64,000 nt of DNA, taken from positions 37,944,001-38,008,000 of the forward strand of contig OX638162.1 of assembly GCA_951804945.1 (NCBI GenBank), written 5' to 3'. Source of the stretch: Podarcis cretensis (Eukaryota). The notes under the pieces were generated by a model that saw nothing but the letters and a program-made list of their open reading frames with translations, searched no databases and was not told the DNA's origin. The position numbers were made by a program, and so were the translations under genes. The first letter of the stretch is position 1. Each line of letters starts with the position of its first letter. Shown one piece after another: positions 1 to 13,129 of the stretch.

Positions 1-519
1 CTCTCCCTTTGCCTTTCAAGCAAGCAGCTTGAACAAGAGTCCAATCTGGCCGCCCTGAAATCTGCAGCCAATGTCTGACTATATATATGCATTATTCCTC
101 CCTGGGCTATAAGTCAGTTCTCCAGCTCTGATTTCCATCCGGCCTTTTGCTGTTCTCTGCTTTCCTTTGTTTCTCCCCCTCCTTTGAGTTTTCCCAGCAG
201 CAATGGCAGCAAATAAAAGAATTTTTTGACGTGTATGAAATATTAATAACTGATGCTCGGAGCAGTCTTTGCCTTGTGTTGCGCTGCACCTTTCTCCTCT
301 CGGGAGCTGGACGCACTTGGCAAGGCAACTTCAAGGATGCCGAAGCAAAGGGGCTCATAATGGGTGGTGTTTGGAGTGCAGCTGCTGTTCCCTGGGAGCA
401 TCAAATACGTACAACCACTAGTGACCGGGGCTCGTGGGGTCTGGGAGCCCAACAGCAAGTGAAGCAAAAGCCAATGAGAGGCAGAGGCAACTCATTCTGG
501 TTAGCTCCCCTATAAGGAA

Positions 520-1010
520 AGGCTGCAGCAATTTGGACTTGTCATTTTAGAGAAAAGGCAAGTAAGAGGTGACATGGAAGAAGTTTATAAAGTGATACAT
601 GGCATAGAGACAACGGATAGAGAATGGGGTTTTTTCTCTTTCTTTCATTAACCTAGAACTCGGTGAAGCCGAATTGTGGAAGATTCAGGACAGACAAAAA
701 GGACATTTTTTTACATAGCACGTAGCTGAACTATGCTAGAGGCAGGGATGGCCACCAACTTGATTGGCTTTAAAAGAGGATATTGGACAAATTCATGGAG
801 GAGAAGGCCATCAATGGCTATTAGCCACAATGACTATGCTCTGCTTCCACGGTTAGAGGCAGTAATGCTTCTAAATACCAGTTGCTGGAAGCCACAGGAG
901 GGGAAAGCACTGTTGTGCTTGGGTCCTGCATCTGGTTGGCAAAACATCTGCATCTGTGAAAACAGGATGCTGAATGAGTTGGGTCACTGGCCTGATCCCA
1001 CAGGCTCTAA
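520..1010 (+). mobile_element. CR1-type LINE 3' fragment (degenerate)
   Basis: Resembles the CR1 ORF2 end (tttagagaaaaggcaagtaagaggtgacatg...) plus 3' UTR; related tails at 10590, 19170 and 60835. Confidence 0.6.
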
Positions 1011-1270
1011 AGTGCTCTTCTTGTCCCAATCATCCTCCCTGCTGAGTTCTACAAGGGTGAAGCTGAGACTAGGAGATAGAAGGCAGTTCCACCCCCTGGA
1101 TTGGTTGCAAACAGGAAGGTAGGCAGATGGGCGCTGGTTAAGGGAAGGCAATGGTTGGTGGGGCAGTACCCCATTTGCCCTAATACACAACTTTCCACTG
1201 ATTACTACCAAAGCCAAACATATGAACAAGGATGTGGGCTTAGCTGGTAAAACCAAGCTTGCCTTTAGGA

Positions 1271-1650
1271 TAGGGATGTTTGCATTTAAAGGGAAAATCT
1301 ACCAAATCCACACTTTTTGAAACAATATGCAAACTGAAACACAGCCAGCCTTTGAAATTCACACACCTCCGAATTTTGCAGTTCAGTTTACCAGGCCAAG
1401 TAATGTGTACCCTCCCCCCCCAAAAAAAAAAGTGTGGGAAAATGCATATATTTGTGAAAATAACATACAAGAACTGTGTTCTACTAGGAGAAACTGTTTG
1501 CCAAAATGTGCATGTTAGTCAAAACTGCATACAAAAATATGCTTATTAGGAGAAATTTCATAAATCGCTGGGGAAATATGGAGAGCTGGATTTAAGATTA
1601 GGAAAATTAGAAACCTGGAAGACTAAAACTGACGGATGTGTCCATCTTTC
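1271..1650 (+). mobile_element. Old non-autonomous hAT-like element (TAGGGATG end)
   Basis: Similar to 9513-9905 and, inverted, to ~6440-6920; the 9513 copy is bounded by tagggatg...cacatcctta. Confidence 0.45.
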
Positions 1651-2422
1651 CTCCAGGACCAGCCTTACTATGCAGCTGTTATGCAGGGCTGCAGATCTCC
1701 AACTTTCAGTTTCCATGTTTTTGTGTGTATATTTAAGGGTGCAGTTTTGATGTTTTTGAGCACGTCATTTTGACTTCTTGCTTTAAATAGCCATGGCTTC
1801 CCCAAAAGGATCCTGAGAACTGTAATTTGTTAAGTTCTCTGAGGGTTATTAAGACACAACCCACCACATTTCCCTCACAAAGCTACAGTTCCCTGGGAAA
1901 AGGGATTGATTGTTAAACCACTCTGGAAATTGCAGCTCTGAGAGGTGAATAGGGGGTCTCTTCACAACTCTCAGCATCCTTAACAAACTGTGGCTCCCAG
2001 GATTCTTTCAGGGACTGCTTAAAGTGGTATGATACTCTTTAAATGTATAGTGCATATGGACCACACACACACATACAAGTAAAGAAGGTGGTGTAAAGTG
2101 GTTAGCCTATCAAACTAGGACAGTGCCTCTCAGTCTAGCCTACCTCACAAGGTTGATTAAATGAGGAGGGGGAGAACCATGTACACAACCCTGAGCTCCT
2201 TGGAGAAAAACGGAGATTTTAATGCAATAAATACATACCATCTTTCAATACGAATATTTCTATAGAATATGTCTCTGTGTGTATAAATATATATGATGAG
2301 AAAGGCCTTTTCTGGCTGTAATCTTGACCTCTTAACATATATCCTTCATCTAAGCATCATCTTGTCTCAGTGTCAGAGCAAAAGCACTAATAACAAGGGG
2401 GGGGCAGAATGGAGCTGGCAGC

Positions 2423-2646
2423 NNNNNNNNNNNNNNNNNNNNNNNNNNNNNNNNNNNNNNNNNNNNNNNNNNNNNNNNNNNNNNNNNNNNNNNNNNNNNN
2501 NNNNNNNNNNNNNNNNNNNNNNNNNNNNNNNNNNNNNNNNNNNNNNNNNNNNNNNNNNNNNNNNNNNNNNNNNNNNNNNNNNNNNNNNNNNNNNNNNNNN
2601 NNNNNNNNNNNNNNNNNNNNNNNNNNNNNNNNNNNNNNNNNNNNNN
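2423..2646. other. Assembly gap (N run)
   Basis: Run of n characters. Confidence 1.
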
Positions 2647-3560
2647 GGGTCTGGAGTTGTGGGGCCCCTTAAGTTTGGAGGGACTTTGAAACATGCTTTT
2701 AAATATTTTCTGGACTACACTGTTGACTGTGGGGAATGGGACTGTGGGGAATGGGCTGATCTGCTGAGGAGAGATGGAGATATTTTTGAGTTGGAACATC
2801 CCCGAGACCTACTCCTCAATGAGAAAGGAAAGAAATTAAGAAAGAGATCTACAAAAGACAAAGTAAAGTGCAAGTACAAACAAGAAGAAGAGCTGCAGAA
2901 GGGACATGGAAAAGACTTAAGAGCCTCGGATATAAGATTACCAGGTTGATGGACTAGATGGAATGGACAGTAAGGACTGACATAACCCGAGACCAGGAAG
3001 AAGAGATGCTGGAGGAAGATTGGAAGAAAACTTTAAAAAAATTATTTTGGGAATTAGTGTAAAATTAATGAGTATTAGGAAAAATGTTGGAATGAAAATA
3101 TTTGGCTTTAGCAGAAATGTTATAAGGAATTATGTATAAATAAATATTAAGTTTTAAGTCTTAAGGTATTTTTGGGAAGATAAGGTTAAAATAAACTAAG
3201 GTAAACTGAATGATAGAATATAGTGAAAGATGGAAAGGATTTGCTGAGTTAATTAATAGGTTAGACTGTTAAGACAAACTATTTTAAAAATTGAGAAGGA
3301 TGGAAAGAATTTGCTGAAATAAATAACTAAACCAGAATACAAAAAGGGAGGTGTGAGGAGGTCGATGAAACAAGTTAATGAAAGTTAAATATATGGAATA
3401 TTGTGTTTTTATTGTTATTGTTGTATTGATTTTTATGTCTTTTTTCTTTTTTCCCTCTTTTAAGTATTGTTATATATGCTTTGAAAATTTTCTTTTGTTG
3501 TTGTTGCTTTCTTCTTTTTTCTTTCTCTGTAATTTTTGAAACTTCTAATAAATATCATTT
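2647..3560 (+). mobile_element. L1-derived element (ORF2 C-terminal remnant + AT-rich 3' UTR), running into the gap
   Basis: DQEEEMLEEDWKK-like ORF2 end at ~2990-3030, purine-rich then T-rich 3' UTR, ending in AATAAA at ~3547. Confidence 0.55.
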
Positions 3561-3628
3561 ATCATTTATCATCTATATATCATCTCCCTGGGAATGCAGC
3601 CCATTTATTAACATCTACATGGAGACCT

Positions 3629-4005
3629 GGGACGCAGGTGGCGCTGTGGGTTAAAGCCTCAGCGCCTAGGACTTGCCGATCGAAAGGTCGGCGGTTCGAA
3701 TCCCTGCGGCGGGGTGCGCTCCCGCTGCTCGGTCCCAGCGCCTGCCAACCTAGCAGTTCGAAAGCACCTCCGGGTGCAAGTAGATAAATAGGGACCGCTT
3801 ACCAGCGGGAAGGTAAACGGCGTTTCCGTGTGCGGCTCTGGCTCTGGCTCTGGCTCTGGCCAGAGCAGCGATGTCACGCTGGCCACGTGACCCGGAAGTG
3901 TCTCCGGACAGCGCTGGCCCCTGGCCTCTTAAGTGAGATGGGCGCACAACCCCAGAGTCTGTCAAGACTGGCCCGTACGGGCAGGGGTACCTTTACCTTT
4001 ACCTT
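3629..4005 (+). mobile_element. Sauria SINE, full length
   Basis: tRNA-like head with A/B boxes (gtggcgctgtgg...ggttcgaatcc), (ACCTTT)n tail, 13-bp TSD TACATGGAGACCT at 3616-3628 and 4006-4018. Confidence 0.92.
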
Positions 4006-4607
4006 TACATGGAGACCTGACTCAATAGTCAATCTTTATCATATGACGCACACACAAATCAACATGCCTTAGTCCGTATCCTCAAGAAGAGGCAACAGCA
4101 GAGGTTGCATTTCAAAAAGCTGGGAGTGAATTTTTGAGTGGGCTGGGTTATAAGTATTTCATGAGCTGCCAGGTCACTTCTCTGGTGCACTATTAATAAT
4201 TCACTCTTGCAATGCTCTATTTAGCATCTAAAATTATCCCTTCCTTTCGACAGTGCAGAACTAACAAAGCCCTGGGCCGCCTCTCCTGGCATTTCTCTGT
4301 TTTCCACAGCCACCTCCTTTTCATTTCCAGACTCCTCAGCTACTGTTTGGCTTAGAAAAAGCCAGGCTTGGGAGGGAGCAGAAGAGTCCCTGCAGCGAAA
4401 CGACATGCCCGGTAGAAGGATGCTTTAACAATCAACAGAGCCTGTCCTTCCCTGATTCAGAGGGTGGCAGGAGGAGGAGCGCGATTCATTTGGGAGCAAT
4501 TGAAAAACGGGGGACCAAATGGAGCCCATTGGTTGATAGTGTTTGATAGGCGAGAGTAGCCAATGGATATGAAGGGGGTTTGCTTTAATTACCTCGTTCA
4601 TCACATT

Positions 4608-4786
4608 CATAGGAAGCTGCCTAATACTGAGTCAGACCATTGGGTCTATCTAACTCGATCTTGTCAATACTGACTGGCAGTGGTTCTCTTTAGGGTGAGT
4701 CAGATGATAAGTCTCTCCCAATCCTACCTGAAGATGCCAGGGATTGAAACTGGGATGTTCTGCCATTGAGCTACAGCTCTTCCCCT
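4608..4786 (-). mobile_element. tRNA-derived SINE with CR1-like tail (old)
   Basis: Reverse strand reads gagctgtagctcaatggcagaac...tcaatccctggcatc...ggtctgactcagtattaggcagcttcctatg; relatives at ~4860-5025(-), 10355-10490(+), 20680-20845(-) and 59770-59925(-). Confidence 0.6.
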
Positions 4787-5227
4787 AAAACCAAAGCAAG
4801 GTTCCAGTCCTCATGAGTCTGAATTAAGGACAGGTTTAATTATAAATACAGGAAATCAGATCCTGGGGTTCATCAAGCTCAATCCTGTCCACAAAGACTA
4901 GCAACAGCTGTCTGGGATTTCGGGAATGAAACATTCCCAACTCTACCTGGCGACACTGGAGACTCAACCTGGGATCTTCTGAATGCAAAACAGATGTTCC
5001 GCCACTGAGCTACAACTCCTTCTCTGAAGAATCTGGCCTTGCTCATTTCCTCTTCCTTTCCTTCTCTCCTTCTCTCTCTCCTTCCCTCCTTTTGATGGGG
5101 AATCAGGCAGGTCTGCCATCAGATGAGTGAAGTCAACTTCACTTCTTCCTCGCAAGCATCTCTGGGTATGTTTGCAACGAGAAAAGTCTACTCTCTAACC
5201 AAGATTCCACAGTCAAACGCTGCTCAC

Positions 5228-5492
5228 CTTGCAAAATGAAAGGGTTTCAGTGGGTAATTGGACCCTGTTATCCCAATAATCTGGAAATGCACAGGGAACT
5301 GTCCCTGGTTAAGGGACAAACAAGTAAAATGGATCCTGTGGCGCCTGAGGAGGTCAATTCCTAAACCTTCCAAGAGAAATCTCTGTAGCTGGAGCTCAGC
5401 AGTGTCTGGAGACAAAGGCTCACCCCTGCTCAGCTCCTATCAGTGACAAATCCACGCCACAGACAATGGTTTCTGGGCTAATCCTTTTATAG
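5228..5492 (-). promoter_or_regulatory. Candidate TATA promoter and non-coding first exon of a minus-strand gene
   Basis: Minus-strand TATAAAAG at 5491-5484, followed ~260 nt downstream by consensus donor AAG|GTGAGC at 5228/5227; non-repetitive context. Confidence 0.45.
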
Positions 5493-8068
5493 CTGCACAA
5501 CCACTAATTAAGACTCCAAAGCCAGCCTGCCTTGCCATACTGAACAATGACGCTGTTCTAAAAGGCTCTTCTTGCCAGGAAGGCAAGAGAGGCCGCAGAA
5601 GTTTGGGAACTGGCTCCCTCTGGCACACACCCCCCCCCATCAGTATGCTGCACAGGGCCATTTTACTTGTCAGTTTGGGTGCTGGGATGTGGGCGGCGGA
5701 TGAGGAGGGTTGTTAGTAGCTTTGGTTTTTGCTGAGGCGGAAGCGTTCCCGTAAAAGAGAGAGGAAGCATTCTGGCCGCTGCTGCATTAATGGACATTAA
5801 TATGAGGGACCAGGCCTAAAGGGTTTCCTGTCACAGGGAGGAGGGTGTGCATTGCACAGATTCATGGCACTCAAACTTTCACCGCACAGTTTGACTCCAG
5901 CCAACTCCTAGCAGATCCTTCTGCAGTGTCGCGGCAGTCTGCACGGTCAAGAAACAAGGCTGATTGCAGGTGATCATTCCTGTAGCTTCTCCCTTTCATC
6001 ACTGCTGGGGAAATAGTCCTCAGCCACCAATGCTCCCTTATGGTATATTCTATCACCACCTGCTAGCAATACCTTCTGCATTCTGCAAAGCCCTCTCAGG
6101 GCTTGAACAAGACATTTTGGCCTGGGAAGTAACGCAGTTCTGAAGGAGAAGGTTGCCAGTTCACTCCAGAATATTAACTGCTGAGATCTGTCATGTCTGT
6201 TGCAAGGCAGAATATGGAAAGCTCACAAGTAATTAAAGGAATGGTGATATAAAAATTAAGAGGGACATAAATGGTAGGAGCTGAGTAGCAGAACTTGGCA
6301 GTTGCAGCATCTAAGTTCATAAACACATTAAGAGGCTTTTTCTAATAACAAGGAATCCACAGTGGAAGAGTTATGGGTTTTGGGAGATCTGGTTCATGGA
6401 ATTGGGAGTACTTCCAGGCTCCCCCTTGCCTAGCAGGTTTATCTGGCTGGGTGACTCTGTTCATTTTGGTTCCTCTCTGTTTCTTATTTTTTCAGTCTTA
6501 AATTCAGTTCTCCACATTTCTGCGTCAGTTTGCAATTAAAAAATCATCAGCAACTCTCTCCTAATATATCCATTGCAATTTTGCGTAATATGCATTTTTC
6601 ACAAAGCAGTTTTCCTCAATATAATACCAGTTTATGTTATTTTCATTTATATGTATGCTTTACCCCAGTATGTACACCTTACTTGGAGGCAGAACTCCAC
6701 TGCAAAATTCAAGGAAGTGCAAATTTCAAAGGAGGGATGTTTCCATTCATGTATTGTTTCACAAAGCAGAAGTTGGATGGCTATCTGTCGTGTATGCTTT
6801 AGCTGAATTTCCTGCACTACACGGGGTTGGACTAGATGACCCCCAAGGTCCCTTCCACCTCTGCAAGCCTATGATTCCATGATTTTATGTGAACTAAATC
6901 AAATTTCTCTCCCATGTCCTTTAATCAGAAGTGGATAATCACTATGAATTTCTATTCAAAATGTCCTCGAGTGCCGGTAGAGCATCACTCTGTGGCACTG
7001 GCAATATCTTAAATAGCAGTTTGCATCTGTCTGCCACCCAACAATTGGGGTGGTGGCAGTGCCAATCAGGCTGGCCAAGTCACTGGGGCTCCAGGAAGCT
7101 GCATAGAGTCACTTTCAGTCAAGATGCAATGATCACCTATTCCATGATCAGCTGGGTGCTTGTGAGCCAGGGATGGGAAACAACCTCAGGCCCAGGTGCC
7201 AGATGCATCCCTCCAAGCCTACCTGGCCCTTGGGACCCTCCCCAGACCACCCCATCCCCAGGTGGTCCTGCTTCCCAGCCTCCCCAAGTGTTTTTGCCTG
7301 GCTGCAATGAGTCCTCGAACTCTGATCAAGTTTCTTGTTCGCCTGGATGGAGGATAGGGAAGAGTGCGTGTATACAAACTAGCCTGCTTTAGAAAAGCAA
7401 AATTTACATGCATTGCTCTGCCCTCTTTTACCTTTGACTCCACCTACTCCTGGCATGTGGTCCCCAGAGGGTGCCTAGAAAGGAATGTCGCCCTCCAGGT
7501 GAAAATGGTTCCCAATGTCTGCTATATTCATGGGAAATGACTGCCAAGGGCACCGGGTAGCTGCAGAGTATTATGCCTGAATTCGGTCTAGCAGCCAGGC
7601 TGGGCTTCATGATGAGGCGGCAGTCACCAAAACAAGACTGTAGGAAGCCGTTCAAGCATTGCTTTTGCCAGATAGGGTTTAACCCCACGGAAAGCAGATC
7701 CCCCCTTCAGTCCTCTTGGCTGAATGTAGGATCTCAGCCTCCCCTTTTTTCACAATAACTCTCCTCGCTTCCCAGCAAAGAGGCACAATAGCTGTATCGC
7801 CTGGGCTCCTGGCCTGGCTAGGCTCATTTGCATCTCAATATTTGGCCTGTTCTTTCCTCGCTCACCAATTTCACAGCAAGCCTGTTGTTTTAGCTGCGCT
7901 GGGAACAGCGTCTGTCCATCCGGTGCTCAGGAAGGCGTTGTGCCTTGGGTGAGCCTTTGCAGCAGCAATGAACCAGGGGGGAGTTGTGGTCCATCAGATT
8001 CAAGACCTCACAGGGGTGGGCGAGAGAGGGGTAGCACATCATGGTCCCCATGTCATAAGGATGTATGG

Positions 8069-8747
8069 CATACCCTCTAACATTCCTCAGATGACAATAG
8101 GGACATTTCTCACTCCCCACAACTGACCCTCCTTAACCCCCCCCCCCAATTTTTGTGCAGCCCCCAGCAGAATATTTGTTATCAGAAGAAGGGTGAGTGC
8201 CAACACCACTTCACTAATGGGACACAGCACATGTCCTCCACCATCCTGAGAAAACCCCTTTATCCCAATTTTATTTTATTCTTAGGTAGATTTACAAAAA
8301 GAAATACACACCAATAAATAAAATTTAGAAAGGGGCAAGAATAGACACGGATACACAAAGTATCTTTTTTCACATCAAGACTCCTTGCACTCTGCTCCAC
8401 TCCCCCTTTCTTCCCAACCAAGGCAGCTGGGCTCTCTGCCTGCACCGCAGAGCCAGTGCATGACATGGGGCTAGGCCTCAGCAGCAGCATCCTCTCCTCC
8501 TCCTCACCCACTCTCCAGCAGCCACCATGAGCTCCCCAAGGGAGGATGCCAGCAGCGGCCATGGAGAGGCAACAGGATGTTGCCTTGCCACCGCCATCGC
8601 TCGGGACAAGCACTGGTTCATCCATCTCCCTGAGCTTGGTTGCGCCAGCACTGGCAGGGGAAATGGAGACATTCCAGGATCAAATCAGGGGTTGGCTTTT
8701 GTAATTCCAGGACTGTCCCTGGAAAATCAGGACACTTGGAGGGTATG
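8069..8747. mobile_element. Non-autonomous TIR DNA transposon with 6-bp TSD
   Basis: Ends cataccctctaa...ttggagggtatg; TSD GTATGG at 8063-8068 and 8748-8753; same termini as 55546-55858. Confidence 0.7.
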
Positions 8748-9512
8748 GTATGGGGGGCATAAAGGCCAAGATGCAGCATGTGAAAAGACTCCAGGAAGTT
8801 GTTGTTGCTTTTTAAAGTGAATGTGTTATAGGGCTTTTTTTGAGGAGCATTTAGAACCACCCTTTTGGTGGACTGGTGAGAGCAGAGAGGCCAGAAGGGT
8901 CACATTTGGCCCTGGGCCGGAGGTTCCCAACCCCTGTTTCATACATCAAGTGCCCATGTGCCATGATATATTCTGTATTTGAAAGGCTGTCCAGTCCAAG
9001 CTGGCAGACTTTAAAGATAAGAGGGGAGGGGTTCAGGGGCCTTGAAGTTGCCCATGGTAGACTAAGCAGGTGCACAGGTCACCTGGTCATATTTGCCACT
9101 TCCCTGCATAGGCAGATTTAAGGGAGCGCGACCAGTTCACTTGCACTGGATGCTGAGCCAAGAGGGTCCTGCAGGGGGTACTGCAACAACGACAAACAAC
9201 GGAAGGTGAGTGGCAGGGGGCACCAAATTTTGGTGTCACATAGAGTGCCATTGAAATTTTAAAGCCCAAAGCCCATCACTGTTCCCTGCTGTATCACTGA
9301 GTTGTATAAAAGTGCTGGTCCTACTCAGAACAGACCTACTGAAACTAACAGACATGCCTATTCCAGGAGTCATTAATTTCAAATGTTATTTTAGGCAGCA
9401 AAGGAGGATGGACTGTTGACATTTGCCCAATGGGCAGGGTGAAAGCCTGCAATCCTAAGCAACCTTACTGTGAATTTCAGTTGCGCTGAATCCAATGGAA
9501 CATATTTCCAAG

Positions 9513-9905
9513 TAGGGATGGGGGATAAATTTAATTCAGTTCACATTTAAAGGCAAACCTACTTGATTTGAACTTTCCAAAACAATAGACAAACTGAAAC
9601 ATAGCCATCCTTCAAGATTCACACTTCCCAGGATTTTGTAATGCAGTTCCCCAGCTGAGTAATGTGTGCAAAAATCCATATACTCTGGGAAAGTGCATAA
9701 ATGTGCATAAATGAATGTATTAGTGAAAATAACTTACAAAATGCATTATATTAGGGGAAAGTGTTTTGCAAAAATGTGCAGATTTGAATAAATCGGCTCT
9801 AAGATGCTGATAAAATCCCAAACTGATGTGGCAGTATGGAGGACTGAACTTAAAATTGGGGGAGAAACAGAGAGAAGCCATAATGGACTGATTTGCACAT
9901 CCTTA
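9513..9905 (+). mobile_element. Old non-autonomous hAT-like element
   Basis: tagggatg...cacatcctta ends; similar to 1271-1650. Confidence 0.5.
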
Positions 9906-10589
9906 TTTCTAAGTGTCTGTGGTTAGGATGAGGTTAGTGTGCCACCGCCAACCAGCAGGGGGCACTTGGTCCTTTTCTAATTCATCAGTACAAAAAGATG
10001 TGCCATGACTAAACCATGAATGGATTAACCACAATGCCAACTAAGCTCTAGAGCTGACCTCCCAGACAAACTGAAGCCCCTGCTGGGGCATCAGTGTATG
10101 GGCTGGCCTGGATAATATTTTTCCCCCAGTCGGGCCCACATGCTCCATGCAGAGAGCTCACATTCTTATGCCAATCGGGATCAGCAAAACACAACACCAC
10201 TTGATCAATTTTCTTAATATAGTCTAATAATCAACCATGTCGTTTTGGCCTAGGCACATTGAATGCTGTGCAAATAAGCCATATTAGAACACTAGACGTA
10301 TGGGGATGTTGCAGATGGGACAGGTAAGGTGGGAGAGCAAGTGTGTGTCTCTGTAGGAAAGAGCTGTAGCTCAGAGAGCACCTAGTGCGCATGCAAGCCA
10401 CGTTGGTATCTCCAAGTAGAGCTGGGATAAACTCCAGTCTAGAACAGGAGAGACTAGAGCCACTGCCAGCCAACATAGTAGATGAGGGGTTTGAGGACAA
10501 TTTTCAGTCTGAAGGTATCATTCCATTGTGGACAACCTTCTAGGGCCCAAAGGGTGGGTGGGGCCAGATGCAAAAAGGAGCAGAGCAAT

Positions 10590-10890
10590 GGAAGAGCCCT
10601 GCTGGATCAGGACCATGGCCAACCCAGTCCAACATCTTGTTCTTACAGTGGCTAACCAGATGGCCATGGGAAATCCACAAGCAGGACCTGAGCGCAACAG
10701 CACTCTCTTCACTAGTGATTCCCATCAACTGGTATTCAGAGGCATACTGTCTTTGACAGTGGAGGGAGGAAACATAGCCTCCTTATCCTCAGTGAATTTC
10801 TCTAACTCTCTTTCTTTTGTCTGCCCTGAATCTTCCAATATTCAGTTTCATTGGATGTCCACGAGTACTAGTGTTATGAGAGAGGGAGAA
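10590..10890 (-). mobile_element. CR1-type LINE 3' fragment
   Basis: aagagccctgctggatcag... is the reverse complement of the tail at 19380-19425; similar copy at 60835-60995. Confidence 0.55.
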
Positions 10891-11279
10891 AAATTACCCA
10901 ATGACAACTTGACATTTTTGATGCTTTTATTATTCAGGGAATTGGCTGTGTTTATTTCCAAGGGATGTCACATCCACATTTTGATTACTCCTACTCAATG
11001 AATAATATCCTTAAAATAATCATGCAATAATATCCTTACGCTGTAGAATGTTGTTGCTGTGCAAAGGTAATGATTACCTTTTTAAGGTCAAATAACACTT
11101 TCAATTTCCTGCTCAATACCTTTCTTTGCTCTCTACCTTGCCTGAATTAACCAGCCTTGAGAGATGTTAAGGTTTTGCAGGGAATGGATCTATCCAGATT
11201 GATGTTTTATTGCAGTGGTATTCTGCAACATGTTCTTGTAACCCCAATAGTGCATTAATGATGGGTTTATTCTGCTTTA

Positions 11280-11521
11280 CAGTGGTACTTCAGGTTACAG
11301 GTGCTTCAGGTTACACACACTTCAGGTTACAGACTCTGCTAACCCAGAAATAGTACCTCGGGTTAAGAATTTTGCTTCAGGATGAGAACAGAAATCACGT
11401 GGCGGCGGCGTGGTGGCAGCGGGAGGCCTCATTAGCTAAAGTGGTGCTTCAGGTTAAGAACAGTTTCAGGTTAAGAACGGACCTCCGGAACGAATTAAGT
11501 TCTTAACCCGAGGTACCACTG
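11280..11521 (-). mobile_element. Tc1/mariner-superfamily (pogo/Tigger-like) MITE
   Basis: TIR CAGTGGTACCTCGGGTTA (imperfect at the left end), TA TSD; inverted relative to 32695, 56186 and 61832. Confidence 0.85.
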
Positions 11522-13129
11522 TAGTTTGTTCTGTGATGCTTCCCTAACGCTATACCATATTATTGCTATCCAGAGGGCCTGCAGAGCAACAAACGTGGGA
11601 CAAAAATAAACCAGATTTGTGGTATAAAAAGTTACAGGATTTCCAGTTATGGCATATGCACTGATCAGAACTGAAGCCCCCAATCTTTTGCAGATGCAAG
11701 CAGTATTGAAAGCGGGATTATCTATTACCATCCCAATAACATTATGGAAACATAATGAATACAGAATTAAAAAGATTTCTGATGAGCCTCTGTCACTGAC
11801 ATTTTTAAGATCTGCTTGTGCTGCTTGACAGTCTTGCTGTGTGTCTTTTTAAAATGGTTTCTGTTGTCTAATTTGTTGTTCATGCTGCATTTGTTTTTTT
11901 TATTAGGTTTGGATTGTATTTTACTCTTTTCACAGAAAGCCACCACAAGGAGTCTGGTTATGGAGAAGCAAATACATGTTGTAAACAAATAACCAACAAC
12001 ACTTAATAGAATTCAGGGATAAATTGTTATCAAAGCCTTTCTAACCTCAGCTTATGATATCTCTGATGTTCCATGGAGCTGTGCAATGCGAAACAAGGAT
12101 CCCCTCTATTGTGTCTGTTGAGCCCTTGGATGAGCTGCAATAAAGGACAATCCTTTTTACATGAAGGATGGCTTTTGAAATAAGGGACATCTGGCAACCC
12201 AACTGGGGAATCTCCCCTGCTGTAATAATCATCTCTTGTCCAGGCGGTGTTGTTGCAAACCGTAAATGAGGGTCTCTGCTCATCTTGAGAGTCCAGGGCT
12301 GCATGTAATCTATTCCCACCTCCTTTTGATTCTACCTTTTAAAAAACCCCAAACAGTTCTTTCAGATTTTTGATGTGTCATAAGTATAAGATAAAAGCAA
12401 ATAATAAAAATAACAAGCCATCAGCGTTATTTATTTAGGAGAGTGATTCACCTAATGCTTTGAAATATAAATGATTGACCAGCTGGGGCACTGCTTGGAA
12501 TGAATTCCAGAGGGGTAGCAGTGGCAGTCTGCTGCAATTAAAGGGGGGGGGAGCCTGATTTGTCAAATATTATGCACAGTTACTGGGAAGTAAGCTCAGT
12601 GGAGCGTCTCTCTGAAAATTGGCCCCATTGATCAGTGGGACTTGCACCTAAGTCAACACGCAGAGTTGATTTCACTGGCAGGCTGCTGCAATCCTATGAA
12701 TAAACCCTACTGCACATACACAGAATACTGTAGTTTACTTTGGAGCACCGGAAGTTGGGTGGGACCTTAAAGAATTCACACAGCTGCACTGTCTTTACAC
12801 GTTTCCTCAGAAGTAAGCCCCACTGGATTCAATGGGGCTTTCTCCCAGGCAAGCAACCATGGTAGGACGGATCGCCACCACAGTGTGTCATAAGCTTTTG
12901 TGCACCCCGTCGGCTGCCTAGTAAATATAATAATAATAAATGAGGAAATGCTTCATTACTGATGACGGGAGCTCTGCACTTCCAAGAAACCAATGCCGCA
13001 ATGGATCTCGTTAGTCTTTTAAAGTGCCCTATCTTATTTCTATTCCCTATAAAACACGGTTCGCCCTCGCATATAAACTCTCACTCACTCTCTGTCTCTG
13101 ACAGAGTATAGCCAAATCCCAATCCAGGC

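Noticed and set aside
2293-2949. 218-aa ORF (and overlapping ORFs) in the track
   Set aside because: It spans the N gap and L1-derived sequence; an artefact.
3629-3710. tRNA gene candidates at SINE heads (also 25765, 30922, 62701)
   Set aside because: The A/B boxes are followed by SINE bodies and tails; these are not tRNA genes.
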